A stretch of 64,000 nucleotides of DNA from Chrysomallon squamiferum (GCA_012295275.1 CM022679.1:14756001-14820000), one strand, 5' to 3'. Shown: positions 12,166-27,256, counted from the first letter of the stretch. The notes: generated from the letters alone by a model not told the origin. Program-made: numbers and translations.

Positions 12166-12370
12166 CTTTGATAGTTTTGACGTATTTTGTTGTTGTGTAA
12201 ATGTTGATGATCATTTTAATGTACCTGTGACTTGGCGAGTATTTAATGTATTTTCTTTGAGTATGTGTTGGTAATTAAAGTGTGTTATTGTGTTAAGGTG
12301 TAGAAAGGGTCAGATGTGGAGTATGTTACATACATGCATATATTACTACTACTACTACTACTACTACTAC

Positions 12371-12410
<40 letters not shown>

Positions 12411-12716
12411 GCCTGATTTTGCCTCATTTCAAAAAGAGTCTAGTTACGGCCAATGGTTTATCATAATTAGACTACGTTTTGCAACTTCCCGAATAGCAAC
12501 TTCACATCACCATCAATATTTGACGACACAAGTTAATTTCAATATTATATTTTCAAATAATCAGTTATTTCGTAGACATTTTACTCCTCAATCGAGTATT
12601 TCATAAGATAACTGAAAAAGAAGTGTATATTATTATGTTGACAACCTGCTCGTTCATCAACAGTGGTTATACTTAGACGCGCTTTCATTACAGGTGCTGC
12701 TTTATTATTATTATTA

Positions 12717-12772
<56 letters not shown>

Positions 12773-13057
12773 GTTGTTGTTGTTGTTGTTTGTGGTGGTG
12801 TTGGTAGTGTTGTTGATGTTGGTGATGGTGTTGTTATACATACAACGATATAACTCGATTTAATAACAACAACAACAATACTAATAACAACAACAAAAAC
12901 AACGGAAATAATTAAGTGTAGTTTGACATTAAACTTTGACCTGTTGACACACGAAACTAGATAGATAGATAGATAGTTCATGTTCATGTATTAGTACGTA
13001 ACACTGAAGTAGAATTGCTAATAATTAAAAGTCGAATTTATTATTAAAAAATATATC

Positions 13058-13114
<57 letters not shown>

Positions 13115-13486
13115 CATATTCGGAAACCCATACCGACAGTACGATATCATTTTTTAAATATCTGAATACGACAATGAAATTCACAGATAATTTTTATTTA
13201 TTTATTTATTTTTTATTTATTTATTTTTATAGAAACAAAAAACGAAAAATGGAGAAAGACACAATCGCACTTAATAAAAAAACCTCTCCATTAAATCATT
13301 TATTTTAAAATATGGCGAAATAAAAATAATAAAGACTTGTAAAACATTAAAGTCTGTTATTTTCTAATTGGTTTCTACGTGACAAAACTGATGTTAAGAA
13401 CATGTCTAGATCAAGTGAAGATGTTTTATGTCATCCGTTTATCTGGATGCAGTATATGACTGTAACTTGGTGACAGTTATGACAGC

Positions 13487-14056
13487 ATGTACTTAATACC
13501 TGTGGATCGACATCAAAGTAAATTTCGAATCTTGTCAACTAGCGAATTGTCACAAATTCTACCTCGTCTGCTTAGACACATCAGGTTTTTCCACGTAATA
13601 TGTTATTCTGATTGCTTACTGACTATAACAATCAGTTCTAAGTATAGCACATTTGTCAAAGTGGTTTATATGAGCATTATACAGGGACGAGCTATATATC
13701 ATTTTTTTCGGTCCCCTCTTCTGAACGTAACTGACAACGACAAACAATAAAAGCCAGGAAGAAAAAATAAAATAAAATAACTAATAACAAAAGTAAAATA
13801 AAATAAAATAAAGGAAAAAATTAAAACAGAAAGAAAGAAAAGTAATAAATTTCGTATCACAGATCTGTCCTGAATATGAAACTATTTCCAGTGGCTTATC
13901 ATAATTATTCTGCACTTTTTGTAACTTCCTAAACAGACTAATTTACATCAGCATTAATATTAAATAATTTTTAATTTTCCTTAGATCAGTATTCCTCTAT
14001 CGACTGCTTTACGAGATAACTGAACAACATATTATATTTATTTATTTATTATTATT

Positions 14057-14089
<33 letters not shown>

Positions 14090-14810
14090 ATTATTATAGA
14101 TGTTGTGTTTAAACAACATACATTATTATTCAATGAAAAAGGATATAGTAAAAGTTAATAAAATAAGTAAATCATTATTTATAATGTAATTTTATTACTT
14201 CATAATTGTTGATGTATTATTTAAAAATGAAAATTCAAACGTGAGCCGAGTTTCGAATATTAGAATCCGGATTCTCCGTAAAAATAATAAAATAAAATAA
14301 ATAATTTTATATCGAGGAATAAATAAACAATCAACAGTCACTGCTAACAGCAGTGTAGTAAAATGTTTTGCCTACCTGTGGATCGATATCAAAGTAAAAT
14401 TCGAATCTTGTCAACTAGCGAATTGTCACAAATTCTACGACGTCTGCTTAGACACATCAGGTTTTTCCACGTAATATGTTATTCTGATTGCTTACTGACT
14501 ATGACGATCAGTTCTAAGTATAGCTCTTTTGTCAAAGTGGTTTATATGAGCAGTATACAGGGGGAGCTATATATCATTTTTTTCGGTCCCCCCCTTCTGA
14601 ACGTCACTGACAACAACAACAAACAATAAAAGCCAGGAAGAAAAAATTAAATAAAACAAAACAAAATAAAATAAAATAAAATGAAATAACTAATAACAAA
14701 AGTAAAATAAAATAAAATAAAGGAAAAAATAAAAACAGAAAGAAAGAAAAGTAATAAAGTTCAGTCCTGAATATGAAACTATTTCCAGTGGCTTATCATA
14801 ATTATTCTAC
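13487..14810. repeat. Pair of ~430-bp direct repeats (13487-13915 and 14363-14810); diverged relatives at ~18470-18660 and ~20330-20480
   Basis: Near-identical CCTGTGGATCGA..AAAGTAAA..TTCGAATCTTGTCAACTAGCGAATTGTCACAAATTCTAC... through CCAGTGGCTTATCATAATTATTCT. This explains the two similar 87/88-aa ORFs. Confidence 0.85.
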
Positions 14811-15421
14811 ACTTTATATATATAGTTCTTATGTTGTTCAATTAAATTATTTAGTGTCAGTAAATAAGATCATTATTAAAGTTAGCCACTGAATGTCAGT
14901 TAGTGTGAATATTATGACTTGGCAAAGAGCATTACCTTAATAATATCTGTCCCTGTGTGTACGGACACGCACGCATGCACACACACACACACAGACACAC
15001 ATATTATTCGTGTTACAGCATGTTCTACATTCAGCCAAACACGGCTGATATTGTTTATTTAGATGTTTAATTTGTTTTCAGACCTCACATTACGTTTAAT
15101 ATTCATTTCCAGTCTTAACTACTCGTAATGCACAAACATATTAATTATCCTAAACACAGTTTTATTTCTTTTTTAAAATTCATTTCTTTCCATATTTTTA
15201 TTTTATTTTATTTTATGTTATAGTACATGTTTTATTTTTAAGTCTTTTTTTTTTATATACCGTGTTTCAATTTTTTTCCATATAATCTTAATAAGAGTCC
15301 TATGATTAACAGCATATTTTAATGCAGTCTATATAAGTGTAGTTCTAAGTGTAGTTCGTTCTAGGATACCGTTGTTGTTTTTTTCGTTTGTTTTCTTTCT
15401 ATAAAGAAATTATAATACAAA

Positions 15422-15479
<58 letters not shown>

Positions 15480-17032
15480 TCACAGACACACACACACAGA
15501 CACACACACACACAGAGACACACATACACACACACACACATACACAACACACACGCCAAAGTGGGAGGGAAAAGTAGACAAACAGAAAGAGGAAAAATAA
15601 GAGAAATAACTTGATGTTAATAATAATAATAATAATAATAATAAAAACATTTTTTTTTTTTTTTTTTTTTTTTTGTACAATAAGAGCGAAGCCCAACTGA
15701 ATTTGTGTAAACAGTATTGCTACCAGTTATAAAAATTTTTTAAAATAAATTCATAAATGTTTTCTTTGTAACACACTATAGAGCACATAAACCACATTCT
15801 CTCAAACACTGAAAGAATGAAAATTAGAAAAAACATGACATGAATCTTTCCACAATGGAATTATTTATATTTCCTTTTGCTGTTGACAATTTCAGTTAAT
15901 AAACAGGAATTTTTTAATTTTTTCATCAAGACTAAAGAAAATTTTCTCCACGATTGCTTTGGCTACGCCAGTCATAATTTTAATATATAGTAAATGTTAG
16001 AGAGTATTGGAAAAAAACACCAGATGTGTTGTATACGTTGCTACATAAATGCATAATTTAAGAAAGAAAAAACAAACTCTTGCTGTCTTTGTAATGAACT
16101 ATACAGTACATAAGCAATACACTCTCAAACAACTGAAAAATGATAATTACAAGGGACATAACAGAAATCTTTCCACAACGGAATCATTCATATTTCCTTT
16201 TGCTGCCGATAGTTTTAGTTAATAAACAGGAATTTTTGTTAATTTCTTCTTCAGTGGTAATGAAGATATTTTCCACTGTTGGCTGCTTTGGCTATGCCTG
16301 ACACCAGACCCGGATTTCCCATACAGACTTTCTAGGCTAATGCCCAGGGAGGCAGGATGATAGGGGCGGCAGTTTATATTACATAAATTCGTATTTTTTA
16401 CCATGTTTTGCTTTCAATTAGATCATAAGTTATAACCATTCAAATTATATAAACTAAGTGGGAAGGGTGAGGGGGACTTGAGCCTTGAGGAGGGGGCGGT
16501 TAAATTTCTTTAGACTATGGGCGGCAAGCGCATTAACTCCAACCCTGCCTGTGACAGCTTTAAGGGAGAACTTTTGATTATTATGTGAATATGTTACTAA
16601 GATGCGAATAATAATAATAATAATAGTAGTAGTAGTAGTAGTAGTAGTAGTAGCAATAGTAATAGTAGTAGTAATGGCAGTAGTAGTAGTAGTAGTGATA
16701 ATAATAAATGTTTTTATGTAACAACACATGCTCCACATCTGATACTGTCTACATCTATTTTAACACATTTTATACTAACAACATGTGACAAGTAATTACA
16801 AATTCGTGATGATTAACAACAGAATGATTTTTTATGTTTCTGAATGATAGGTATAACTGATTTCACTGTGAGAGGCCAGTGTATCATGTCTCCATGTTCT
16901 CAATCTGCAGTATATCATTTTCTTCTTCTTAAAGCAGAGGTGTTATTTTATTAATTTTTAAAAATACTCATGAAAACACAATTTTCACAATATTGTTACT
17001 TTAAAAACTTAATTCTAATTAATTACTCTTAC

Positions 17033-17128
17033 CTCGTGTTAAATTTGTTCTTTCTCTTCTGTTTAAAGCTGATGATGGGCTGACTGGGCCAGGTTCTGGC
17101 TCCGAGTTGCTGAGTAGACATAGTCAAG
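17033..17128 (-). other. Isolated exon-like segment (96 nt), assignment unknown
   Basis: GC-richer island bounded by TGTGTTTCAG| and AG|GTAAGA on the minus strand. One frame contains an ATG giving MSTQQLGARTWPSQPIISFKQKRKNKFNTR. Confidence 0.35.
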
Positions 17129-18199
17129 CTGAAACACACAGTGATTTACTAGAGTTGTTCCAAATTGTTCTAAACATTACAAATATACATGATAAAAATA
17201 AAGGAAACAGAAATCACTAGAAATGAACTAAACCTGTGCAATGTGAAATAAAAGTCCGTGAAAATTACTGAACTGACATTATTTTAGGTTTGGTGACATC
17301 AACTTTCCATTCAATGCATTTTTCCTATTCAAAACACACGTTGATCAGTCTGGATACACAAAGAAAAGTTAGAATCAAATTCTAAACACTTAACAGCAAT
17401 AACACTGGTAAAAACATGTCAACAGAATTCACTTAAATAAATGACACTATTTCATCTTATTTAAAGTGGATATACACTTTCATGTTTCATTTTCAAACCC
17501 CAAGTCATATTATTTCTTGAAAAAAAAAAAAAAAAAAAAAAAAACATTCTTTCTTGAAAAATAACACAGTTTTAAATAATAATCTTAACAACATGTACAA
17601 CAATCACAGTTTGGTCAGATGAGATAGCTCAGGTTTCAGATTCATGTGCAGAATCATATATATCTTATTAGAATCAATTCCATTCTTAGTCTTGTCAATC
17701 CTGTTATTAAATTATGTTATGTAAACAATGCAAATACATTGTCTGAATAGTTTTACTAGGTTATATAGTTATTGTTGTCCATTTTGCTAAATTATGTTAT
17801 ATAAACAATACAAATATAAATATAACATTTTAACAGTTTTACTAAGTTATATTCTTAGTACTAAATTATCTTTAATAAACAATGGAAATATAAATATAAT
17901 ATTTGAATAGTTATAGGAAGTTATATTCTTAGTTTTATGCATTGGCACTAAATTATGTTATATAAACACTACAAATATAAATATAATATATGAATTGTTT
18001 TAAAAAGTTATATTCATTGTTTTGTGGACTTAATAAATGCTCATTTTTAATCAATGTCTACACTTTTAGAAAGTTTTCGAATTGACTGATTTACATCAGC
18101 GTAAGTATATAACGAAAACATAATTTCAATTTTGTATTTTTAAATAATCAGTTATTCCGTGGACATTTTATTCCTCTGTCGAGATAACTGAACCTTTAT

Positions 18200-18375
18200 T
18201 GGTGCCATCTTCTTTCGTTTCTAAAACTACAGCCAGATAATACAACGCAAAGACAGCGACTGACGTGCAAGGCAGAAAATATCGGTCAGTGTTTGGAAAC
18301 GAAACTAGTTCGCCCTACTTCCGGCATATCCACATTAAATATACCGGGCGATAATTCCATTATTGCGTAAGTTTA
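18200..18375. promoter_or_regulatory. Putative core promoter and non-coding first exon (CpG-containing island)
   Basis: ETS-type ACTTCCGG at 18317-18324, YY1-like GCCATCTT at ~18204, raised CpG, and a plus-strand donor GC|GTAAGT at 18367. Confidence 0.35.
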
Positions 18376-19483
18376 TTGTTTTCCTATAATATCAATTAAC
18401 AGTTATGAACAAATAATACAAAAATAAGTTACATAAATAGAAATATTGTAACTTTATAAGTTCACAATTATGTTTTAAACGAAAACTGAAATGAAAGCCG
18501 AGTTTAGGATGTCAGAGTCCGAGATCGCCACAGAAAATTTTAAATTTTAAATAAGCAATCAAAGTCACTACTAACCACAGTATAGTTTAATTTTTGTCTA
18601 TCTGTAGTAGAGATCGAAACAAAACCCGAATCTTGTCAACTAACAAATTGTCACAAATTCGCTCTCTGAATTGTCCTCCTAGAACATCACGTCATATTTT
18701 TGTAAGAAGTTGCTAAGTTTTGCATATTTTTGTAAGGTGTGCTCGCAGTGTATTACCCTGTTTTGTTTGTGACACTGCCCACAGCTTTACAAATCTGTTC
18801 TAAATATAAAACGCCTGTCAGCCTAGTTTGAGTTCTTGCTCAGACAGATATGCGCAGTATACAAGGGGATGTAATATATACTTTTCTTACAGTAAATAGT
18901 GACTGGATGTTTACTATTTTAAATTTACTACGTTATGTCACGGCTAATAGACTTATAACACACATACAAACACGCACACTCAATTATTATTATTGATATT
19001 AAGATTCATGTTGTACATTCAGCAAGGAAGACTACACTGTTTTTGTGATTGGGAAGTCAGGGCAGACATTTTTAATTTAATTATTTGATTTTATTTCTCA
19101 CTTACTCTGCATTTAACTTTCATTCAGTATACACCAACTCGTAAATATAATTTTATTTTATAGCCTTTCATTCAAATATACGTTTCACATTTATTTATTT
19201 ATTTATTTATTAATGTCTCGTTATAATTTTCTATATAAAAATCAGAATAAATGTCACCTCACAAAATGAAGATATCTCATGTTAATTTTCAAAGTTAGTA
19301 AACAAAGAAACAAAAATTTAATATTCTTGTTATCTTATCTGTTAGTGACAGGTAAATTCATGTTGTTACTTTCTTTTTATTTTTTCCCCTTCTTTCTTTT
19401 CCTTTCCTCTATTAAAATTTTCTATAAATAATTTTAATTAACTTGAATAATGCTCAAATTTCTGGTGATCATGGGTGGGTCGT

Positions 19484-19529
<46 letters not shown>

Positions 19530-19937
19530 GACAGACACACACACATGCACAATGTTTACGGTTACGTCTTCAATATTTAGCTTCTGTTTAGGTCCTTAAA
19601 GATCGTTTTGAACTCTAACAATAAGTGTAAGTACATGCGTTTCAAATTCTCATTGTTAACAACTGAACTATGAACACGATTAACGTACGGTCTGGTTAAG
19701 TGTCTATGCATGTTCTATACAGAATAATAATGAATTGTATTTATTTAATAATTACTTTGTTTTGATTAATACCAACAAACATTTTCAAATTTTTTGATAT
19801 TTAGGATTGCACATAAAAAGACATAACTGGCTACTATCTTAACATGTCAGCTTTATCTTTGACAGGTAGAATATCGAATGCTTCAATGCAGTTCAGAATT
19901 TGTATCTTCGGAGGCAGTAACCAGCTGTTATTCCCCG

Positions 19938-19993
<56 letters not shown>

Positions 19994-22081
19994 TCGTCAC
20001 TACAATTTTATAAAGTGACAATTTTTTAATTTTTTAAGTTACTACTTGACTGATTATGTGAGGTCGTGGTACGACTGAAATATCTGGTGTAATAAACTTA
20101 TTTGTATCAGCCATACACAGACCTTGCATTACTCTGATTGCTAGATACTATATACACATTACGTATAGAATGCAGAAAGAGGGAAGAAGGACTTAAAGAA
20201 ACAAAAGACTATAAGGGAAATAACTCAAAAGTAATAATTAAAATAGGTGTATTTTCTTTAAAGAATAGCGTGCATTCTTTGTAACATATCACATAAACAT
20301 TAGCTGAAGAAAACCAAACAATACTGAAAACTAAATGTAAGTCGAGTTTTGGGTGTTGGTGTCCTAGGTCACCAAAGACAATTAATAACCAGGTTTATAG
20401 TATAGTATAAATGCTGCTTACCTGTAGCAGAAAAGAAAGTAAAACTCCAATCTTGTAGACTAACAAATTCACAAAAAAATATATGTCGTCTGCTCGTTCT
20501 GTCAGTCATGCGCTTGGCTACAATCGAATGATCTTTTACAAGGCGACGTCACACATTTGGGACGTCCTATTATCTCTATAACAAAGGGGGTTTGCTTGTT
20601 GTTACTGTTGTTGATGTTTTGTTGTTGTTGTTGTTGTTTGGGGGTTTTGTTTGTGTTTTTCTTTTCTTTTTTAATGTTTTTTTAGACTAGTGATAGACGA
20701 ACCCAAATATGCAAACTGATCAAAATATATATTTATTTATTTATTTCTACAGACAGGACGAATAACAGTTATACGACTAATATGCAGATCTCTCTTCAAA
20801 GTACAGTTCGTTCTGTAACCATGTCGCTTGTTTTCATTGATTTTAATGTGCATTGTGTACATAGTCATCCACACCAGACCTCTCACTATGGACACTGACG
20901 ACTGACAAAACGACTGGACAGCTCTATTTAACTCTTTTAATACTGCCACTCATGTGACACTACGGGCACAGGCGACATAGCGCGATTTCTTTTCTACGTG
21001 ACGTCAGATTTTGAAAAAAAAACACTTCCCAAATTTGTCTTTATCTTTGAGGTAAAAACTGGTTTGGATTTACAAATTTGTTAAAACTGGTTTGGATGCA
21101 GGGTCAGAAAGATACGGAAAGCTACATGGAATGTACCAACCACGCACAGTAAACAATAGTTCCTCAGAATATGGAATTACTTACTTAAATTTACTTACTT
21201 TTCTCATGTTTGAGAACTGAGTTAGTAATTAAGTAAGTATTGAGGAATTCGATCATTTAATACCCAGTAAATTCCTCTGCACATATATATGAATAGACAC
21301 GCAGAGATAGAGATATAGGTATTTTGCAGCTACGATGATTTCAGCATTAATTTATCCATATAAAACACGACACTGCAAACATACAGATAAATTTTATTTT
21401 AATATCATTTATATTAACATTCATTTCTTTATAATTTTCATCTTCTTTTTTCTCATTCTTTTCTCAGATTACAATTAAGTATAAATAACTTTAAATCAAC
21501 GGCAAATATCGCATTTCGGATACTATTTTCGCTGTCTTGATTCAATAAATTCAGGAGCATCCACGGAGGCCTAACATCTCGCATAACTTCGACCTTCATT
21601 TTTTGAAATATTATTATTATTTTTTAAATAGTTTATTTTATGTGTGTATCTGTGTTATATTTATCAGTCATGCAGAATGCAGGCTGCAAATACGTTTATT
21701 TTCAAATAATACTTTGTTTCTTAAGCTGATGTTTATGTGATGTCTTACAGAGAATGTACACTATTCTTTATCATCAAACAAATATCAATAATGATTGGAA
21801 AACTTTAGTGGGGCTTACCTCTTAGTGCGGAAAGTTAAGAAATTAATTAGTTAACTGTTAAAGAAAATACAACAACTTTAATTATTATTTTTGAGTTCTT
21901 TCTCTTATATTTTGTTGTTTCTGTAAGTCGATATTCCCTGTCTCTGCATTCTGTATAGTGACATATACATCCAGTAAGCATGATAAAGTAATGCAAGGTC
22001 TGTGCATGTCTGACAGAAATAATTTTATTATACCAGTCATTTCAGTTGTACTACGACTACACTTAGTCAGTCACAGTATCC

Positions 22082-22143
<62 letters not shown>

Positions 22144-22420
22144 CCCTTCCCATAAACAGAAAAGTCCTTATACGATTTTTGATTAACATGTCCATGGTCT
22201 TAAATGGACTCTTTTTGAAATGAGGCAAAAACACTTTTAAAATTTTGGCGAGCTTGATAAACCTGTTTGATGTCTGATGTCCTTGAAGTCAGTTATGTCT
22301 TTCATTGCAACGATGTCGGTAGACTTCAAACGGTAACCCTAAACATTAACAAATTCATTCAGTGGATACTGTCTCGATCGTAATAGAGATTTACATTTTA
22401 TATTTTTTAAATAAAATCTC

Positions 22421-22453
<33 letters not shown>

Positions 22454-23162
22454 AATCTTCATTTTCGGTATGAGGCATTTGCATCATTTGTCTCATTATT
22501 TTAATCAATCATTATAAAATATATATATATATATATATATTTGCATTACATCTTCACAGATGTGTATTAGCAACATGAGGACATAATTTGCGTCCCCTGT
22601 TGCTGAACGAATTATCTTAAGTACTCTCTTCAGTGAATACATTTCTAGTTCCCAGTGGTGAGAGATCATTAATTTCTTAAACTAACACATCCCAGCTGTT
22701 ACTCACACCAACTCAAAGCACAGAAATGCTAATTCAGTTAATTCAGGCTGTAAGAACACATGTTTAGTTATGTTTTTGTTACGTATATGCATATGACTTA
22801 ATGCTGTAAGTATATTAATTTAATTATCATGTATTTTTGTTACATCTGACTGAATTTATGTGGCACGTATACTAGTTTAAATTAAAATACTATTTTGTTA
22901 GAATTAATTTTATATACATATACATATACTAAATTAATTAATTTTATTTTATTTTAAATATTTTTACGTCACGGTGAATTCATTTTAGAAGTATACTAGT
23001 TTAGTAAAATACATTTTGTAAGGCAGTATAATTTATCTAGCTTAGTTATAATGTGCTTTTATTAACATCTATATGAACTGACTTTATATTTAGTTATACT
23101 AATTTAATTTTTCAAATTGGAGTAAAATTAACTATGGCACTGGCGCTAGTCTGAACTGATTA

Positions 23163-23883
23163 TCACAAACGTTTTATGGCTGTCATGCTCGAACAAGGTC
23201 CAGAGTGTTTAATATCTGCTTTAACTCTCACCGACCTGGATGACTCTTCCATACGTTTTCTCGTGCCATGGACCAGATGTTGGATCTGACATTGTGGAAC
23301 ATCTCGGCATTCCTGTTGAAATGCTGCTGTCAGTTTTGGACTGGAAGATGTCTTTGACGTACACTTCAAAACAGAATATCTAACAAGTTGGATTGATTAC
23401 GTTCTATAGGTTCTATAAACATCTATAAACAACTGAGGGACGGTTACAAGTTATTCCTCTCACAATCTTGACCCATTCTGAACTTAAAATAATGATAAAC
23501 GTGCTGGTTTAAAGGGGATGCTTGATAGACCCTCGTGGTTCAGTATCCTGCGGTATAGCCATTTCCTAACGGTCTTCGCTGACATGCTCTGTTAGGAATA
23601 CATTTCTCTGGAAAAAGAGAAAATTCGAATAAATGTTAACAATACCTTGTCTTATCGTGGAGATTTTCTGGAAGTTGACCAGGACAATTCCTGTCCTTGA
23701 AGCGATTGATTTGTTGGTGTTTACGAGTCGACTAACTACAGCGTGATTCAGACACATCATGAGCTTCATTACAATTCCCGCATTATTCATTGCGATAATC
23801 TGCCAGCTGATGTCAATAGACAATTTTCGGCGGACTGGTAGACGCTTATAAACCACAAAAGGAAAACTATTCTCCGAAAACAA
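23163..23883 (-). mobile_element. Degenerate Tc1/mariner DNA transposon (transposase relic)
   Basis: ORF 23566-23883 has a Tc1-like HTH start (RRKLSIDISWQIIAMNNAG...NHAVVSRLV...). ORF 23163-23369 resembles the Tc1 C-terminus (LTAAFQQECRDVPQCQIQHLVHGTRKRME; compare L..AL..EW..IPQ..I..LI.SM..R). The region is frameshifted and too short for an intact DD34E domain. Confidence 0.7.
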
Positions 23884-24219
23884 GTTTAATTTTCATTTTT
23901 CTTTTTAGGGGACACAATTCTGAAATGGAATACAAAGTGTTAGGAATCTCAGTCTATCGTCAACGATAACCACAGTAAACTCCCTCCCAACATTGTATTT
24001 TTTATTTTTTATTTTTATTATTATTATTTTTTTTTTCAGTTGTAGTAAGAGGCAGTGAAAGAATTAATTTCTTTATATTTGTGTCTGTTCGTCCGATAAT
24101 CTGCGTACACTAATAAACTTGGCCACCCATCCGACAGTATTGAAATGAGAAAAAGCCAGAGGAAAAAATATCTGTTTAAACTGCTACGAAATAACTAATT
24201 CATTATAATAGATGTTATA

Positions 24220-26800
24220 ATGGTTCATCACAAACATATCTGGATACTTATAATTTTTCTTTGTTTGTCCGGAATTATGCAGTTTGTTATTTATACAGTC
24301 TTCAGCACCGTTAATACTACGCAAAAACAATGTACCATGCTGGCAATCAAGGAAAATCGTTGGGAATTCTTCGATATGGTCTGTTCAAAAGTAATAGAGA
24401 ACAAATCAGATTCTGCATACTGGATATCCTTATACTTGGAATTTCAAAAGGAATTTGGTAATAACGTGGATGAATTTACTAATAAATTTGCAATGCCAGT
24501 GGACTGTTCAAACTTCATCAGTCGTTACGGATTCGCAACCGAAGTTACCAAGCAAGAGCTGGAATTTCCAATTGCCTTCAGTATTGTCACTTTCAAAGAC
24601 CCAGAACAATCAGTGAGATTATTGCGCGCCATCTGGCGGCCTCAGAATATTTACTGCATACATATGGACACCAAATCGAGCAGCAGTTTCAAAAGATATA
24701 TTGAATCCCATGTGAAGTGTTTGGATAATGTGATTTTCGCTCCACGAACTGTGGACGTTAAATGGAGCGAATATTCCGTTCTCGAAGCTGATCTGATATG
24801 CATGGAGGCACTTTTCAATCACAGAGCAAAGTGGAAATATTTTATAAATTTAACAGGACAGGAATTTCCGCTGAAAACTAATTACGAACTTGTTAAAATT
24901 CTAACATTTTACGCCGGTGGGAACGACATATTTGGACAGTTTCACGGGTAAGTGTGCATAACATAAATTTAAATGTTCTTCATCTTCATCTCTCTTTCCC
25001 TTTTCTCTATTAAGAGAATTTAAGCTTGACCTCTAGATGGACATACATAATAAACGTACGCTGAATAACGCATTTTATAATTGAATCAATGAAACAAATT
25101 TGAAAGCAAATTATGGACAAACACATTGTATCATTGAATCAATGAAACAAATTCGAAAGCAAATTATGGTCAAACACATTGTATCATTGAATCAATGAAA
25201 CAAATTTGAAAGCAAATTTATTTTTCAACAGGATGAACAAAGGTCGCTTGCCAACAGGTGTACCGCCACCACATGGAATCAGACCAGCCAAGGGACCTGT
25301 TCACATAGCAGCAAGTAGAGGCTTTGTAGACTACGTGTTCAATAATCAAACAGCTAAGGATTTTCTTACCTGGACGAAACTAATGAAAGTTCCAGACGAA
25401 ACATTTTTCCCGTCTCTTAATACGAACCCTCACCTCAAAGTCCCAGGATCATTAAAAAGTAAGAGAAAACACTTTAGGCAGAAACCGAATAATTTTGAAA
25501 CACATTCTTATCCGTCATTGAATCAGCTCGTATCATTAATTATTTGAGAAAACTAAATAAACCAGTAAATTTAATTACTGAGATAATGATGCAAGGATTT
25601 GCTTGAAAACAAATTAAAAAATATAATAATAACAGTATGTAAGGAATTGCATAGAGAAAAGGGGAAGAAAAAAAAAAACAACATATATGATAAAAAAAAA
25701 TAAAGTCCAATGAAACTTGATTTTGAAATTACCTGCCCAGTCTATTTATTTAGTCTTTCTTAACTCTGAACAACCAGAACCGGCTTTAATCAATGAAAAC
25801 TACCCTCTGTTTCTCATCTCGCTGCCAAAGTCATAGTCAGCCTCATCTCAACCTCAGATGATTTACCAATAAGTGTCATCTATATGATATGTAAGACTTT
25901 ATTTCATGAGCCCTCAGTCTTTTGTCAGCTAACTGTAATATGACCCAAAGCATCTGTTGTTGATGTCTTGGGCTAACTGGATACGACCTTTCTGTCTGTA
26001 ACTTTGCGTCAAGTTGGTTGCAGCAGCTCGGTTCTTCAATTCATAACTCGAGTGTCATTCGTGTCATTCCTATTGTGATTTATTTTACAAATTCCGTCTG
26101 GTTGCACGTGCAGTTTCGCTTGTTCACGATGCACGTGCTATTCGCGTTTTCGCTTATAATCTATTGCCCCAAAACCTGATCATTTTCTGCATTGCAATAT
26201 GCTGCGTTTTGGACTGTTTTTAAACTGATCAAGTTTCACCTAGTTTTTAAGTTTTTCTGAAATTTATTTAATGAAGATTCTATATATGTATTACTGGCCA
26301 TAATTAATTACACATGTATTTATTTGTTTCAAGGGTATATAGACAGAAGTTTTAATTTATTTACATTACCTATAAGTTATAATTAACTATGCATTTATTT
26401 GTTTTCAAATTTATATCCACACTGTTATTAACTTACATTAGTAAGTTCAAACGTATTTGTTTGTTTTCAAGTTCATATCGGCAGAAGACGTTCGACTGAT
26501 TATTTCTACCGATCGATGGTTCGGTTCAAAATCTTTTCTTATCGAGAAAACGATCCGAAATGCACCACGAAGAAAGTCCATGCCGTCTGCATATTTGGAA
26601 TTAGTGATCTCCACCGGCTAACCAGAGCACCACACCTGTTTGTGAATAAATTCCACCAATCGTACGAACCGCTCGCCTACGACTGTCTCGAACGTTGGAT
26701 TTTCAAGAAACTTATTTCAGAGAATCAAGGCAACCGAAACTTTGACCTATCGCCTTATAAACATTTGGATTTCGTAAACAACTGCTATTGTTCTGATTAA
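24220..26800 (+). CDS. Core-2/I-branching beta-1,6-N-acetylglucosaminyltransferase (GT14, GCNT1-like), paralogue A, ~427 aa
   Basis: Exons 24220-24947, 25232-25458, 26472-26800 (phases 2 and 1; GT-AG; 1284 nt, open frame). Type II TM anchor and family motifs FPIAFSI, LLRAIWRPQNIYCIHMD, WKYFINLTGQEFPLKTN, PDETFF, VCIFG, HLFVNKF. Upstream acceptor at 24038-24039 suggests a 5' UTR intron. Confidence 0.93.
25079..25218. repeat. 53-bp minisatellite (~2.6 copies) in intron 1 of GCNT-like A
   Basis: TTGAATCAATGAAACAAATTYGAAAGCAAATT at 25081, 25134, 25187. Confidence 0.9.
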
Positions 26801-27256
26801 GGGCGTATCCAGGATCTTAAGTCAATTTTCATTAACAGTTCCTGTTTGTTCATCACTGTCAGTGCAATAAAACTGCAACATAGAAGGAGCTATAGCCCCC
26901 GCCCCATATAAATATGCAAATCATTAGTTCGACCAACATCTTTTCAGATAAATATTACATTTATTTTAGCACTGAAAACCATTAGCCCTGGAGAATAAAT
27001 GAGGTATGGTAGGAAATAGCCAGTCTAATACTTTTATTTTCTAGAAATACAGAAATACAGGAAAAAAAAAATTAAATACAATTGAAAAATAATAATAAAA
27101 ATTAAATATTAATACTAATAAGAAGAAAAACAAGGAAATAAAAATACATATTCCCTATAACCTCCATACAAACATAAACACATATACAAACATACATACA
27201 TACATACATACATACACACACATATATACCTATACACACACAAATACCTACATACA

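Noticed and set aside
11653-16738. Poly-Y/I/L/N/T/H/CV ORFs (also at ~27100, ~32900, ~38200, ~47600, ~59550, ~61500)
   Set aside because: They are translations of di- and trinucleotide microsatellites.
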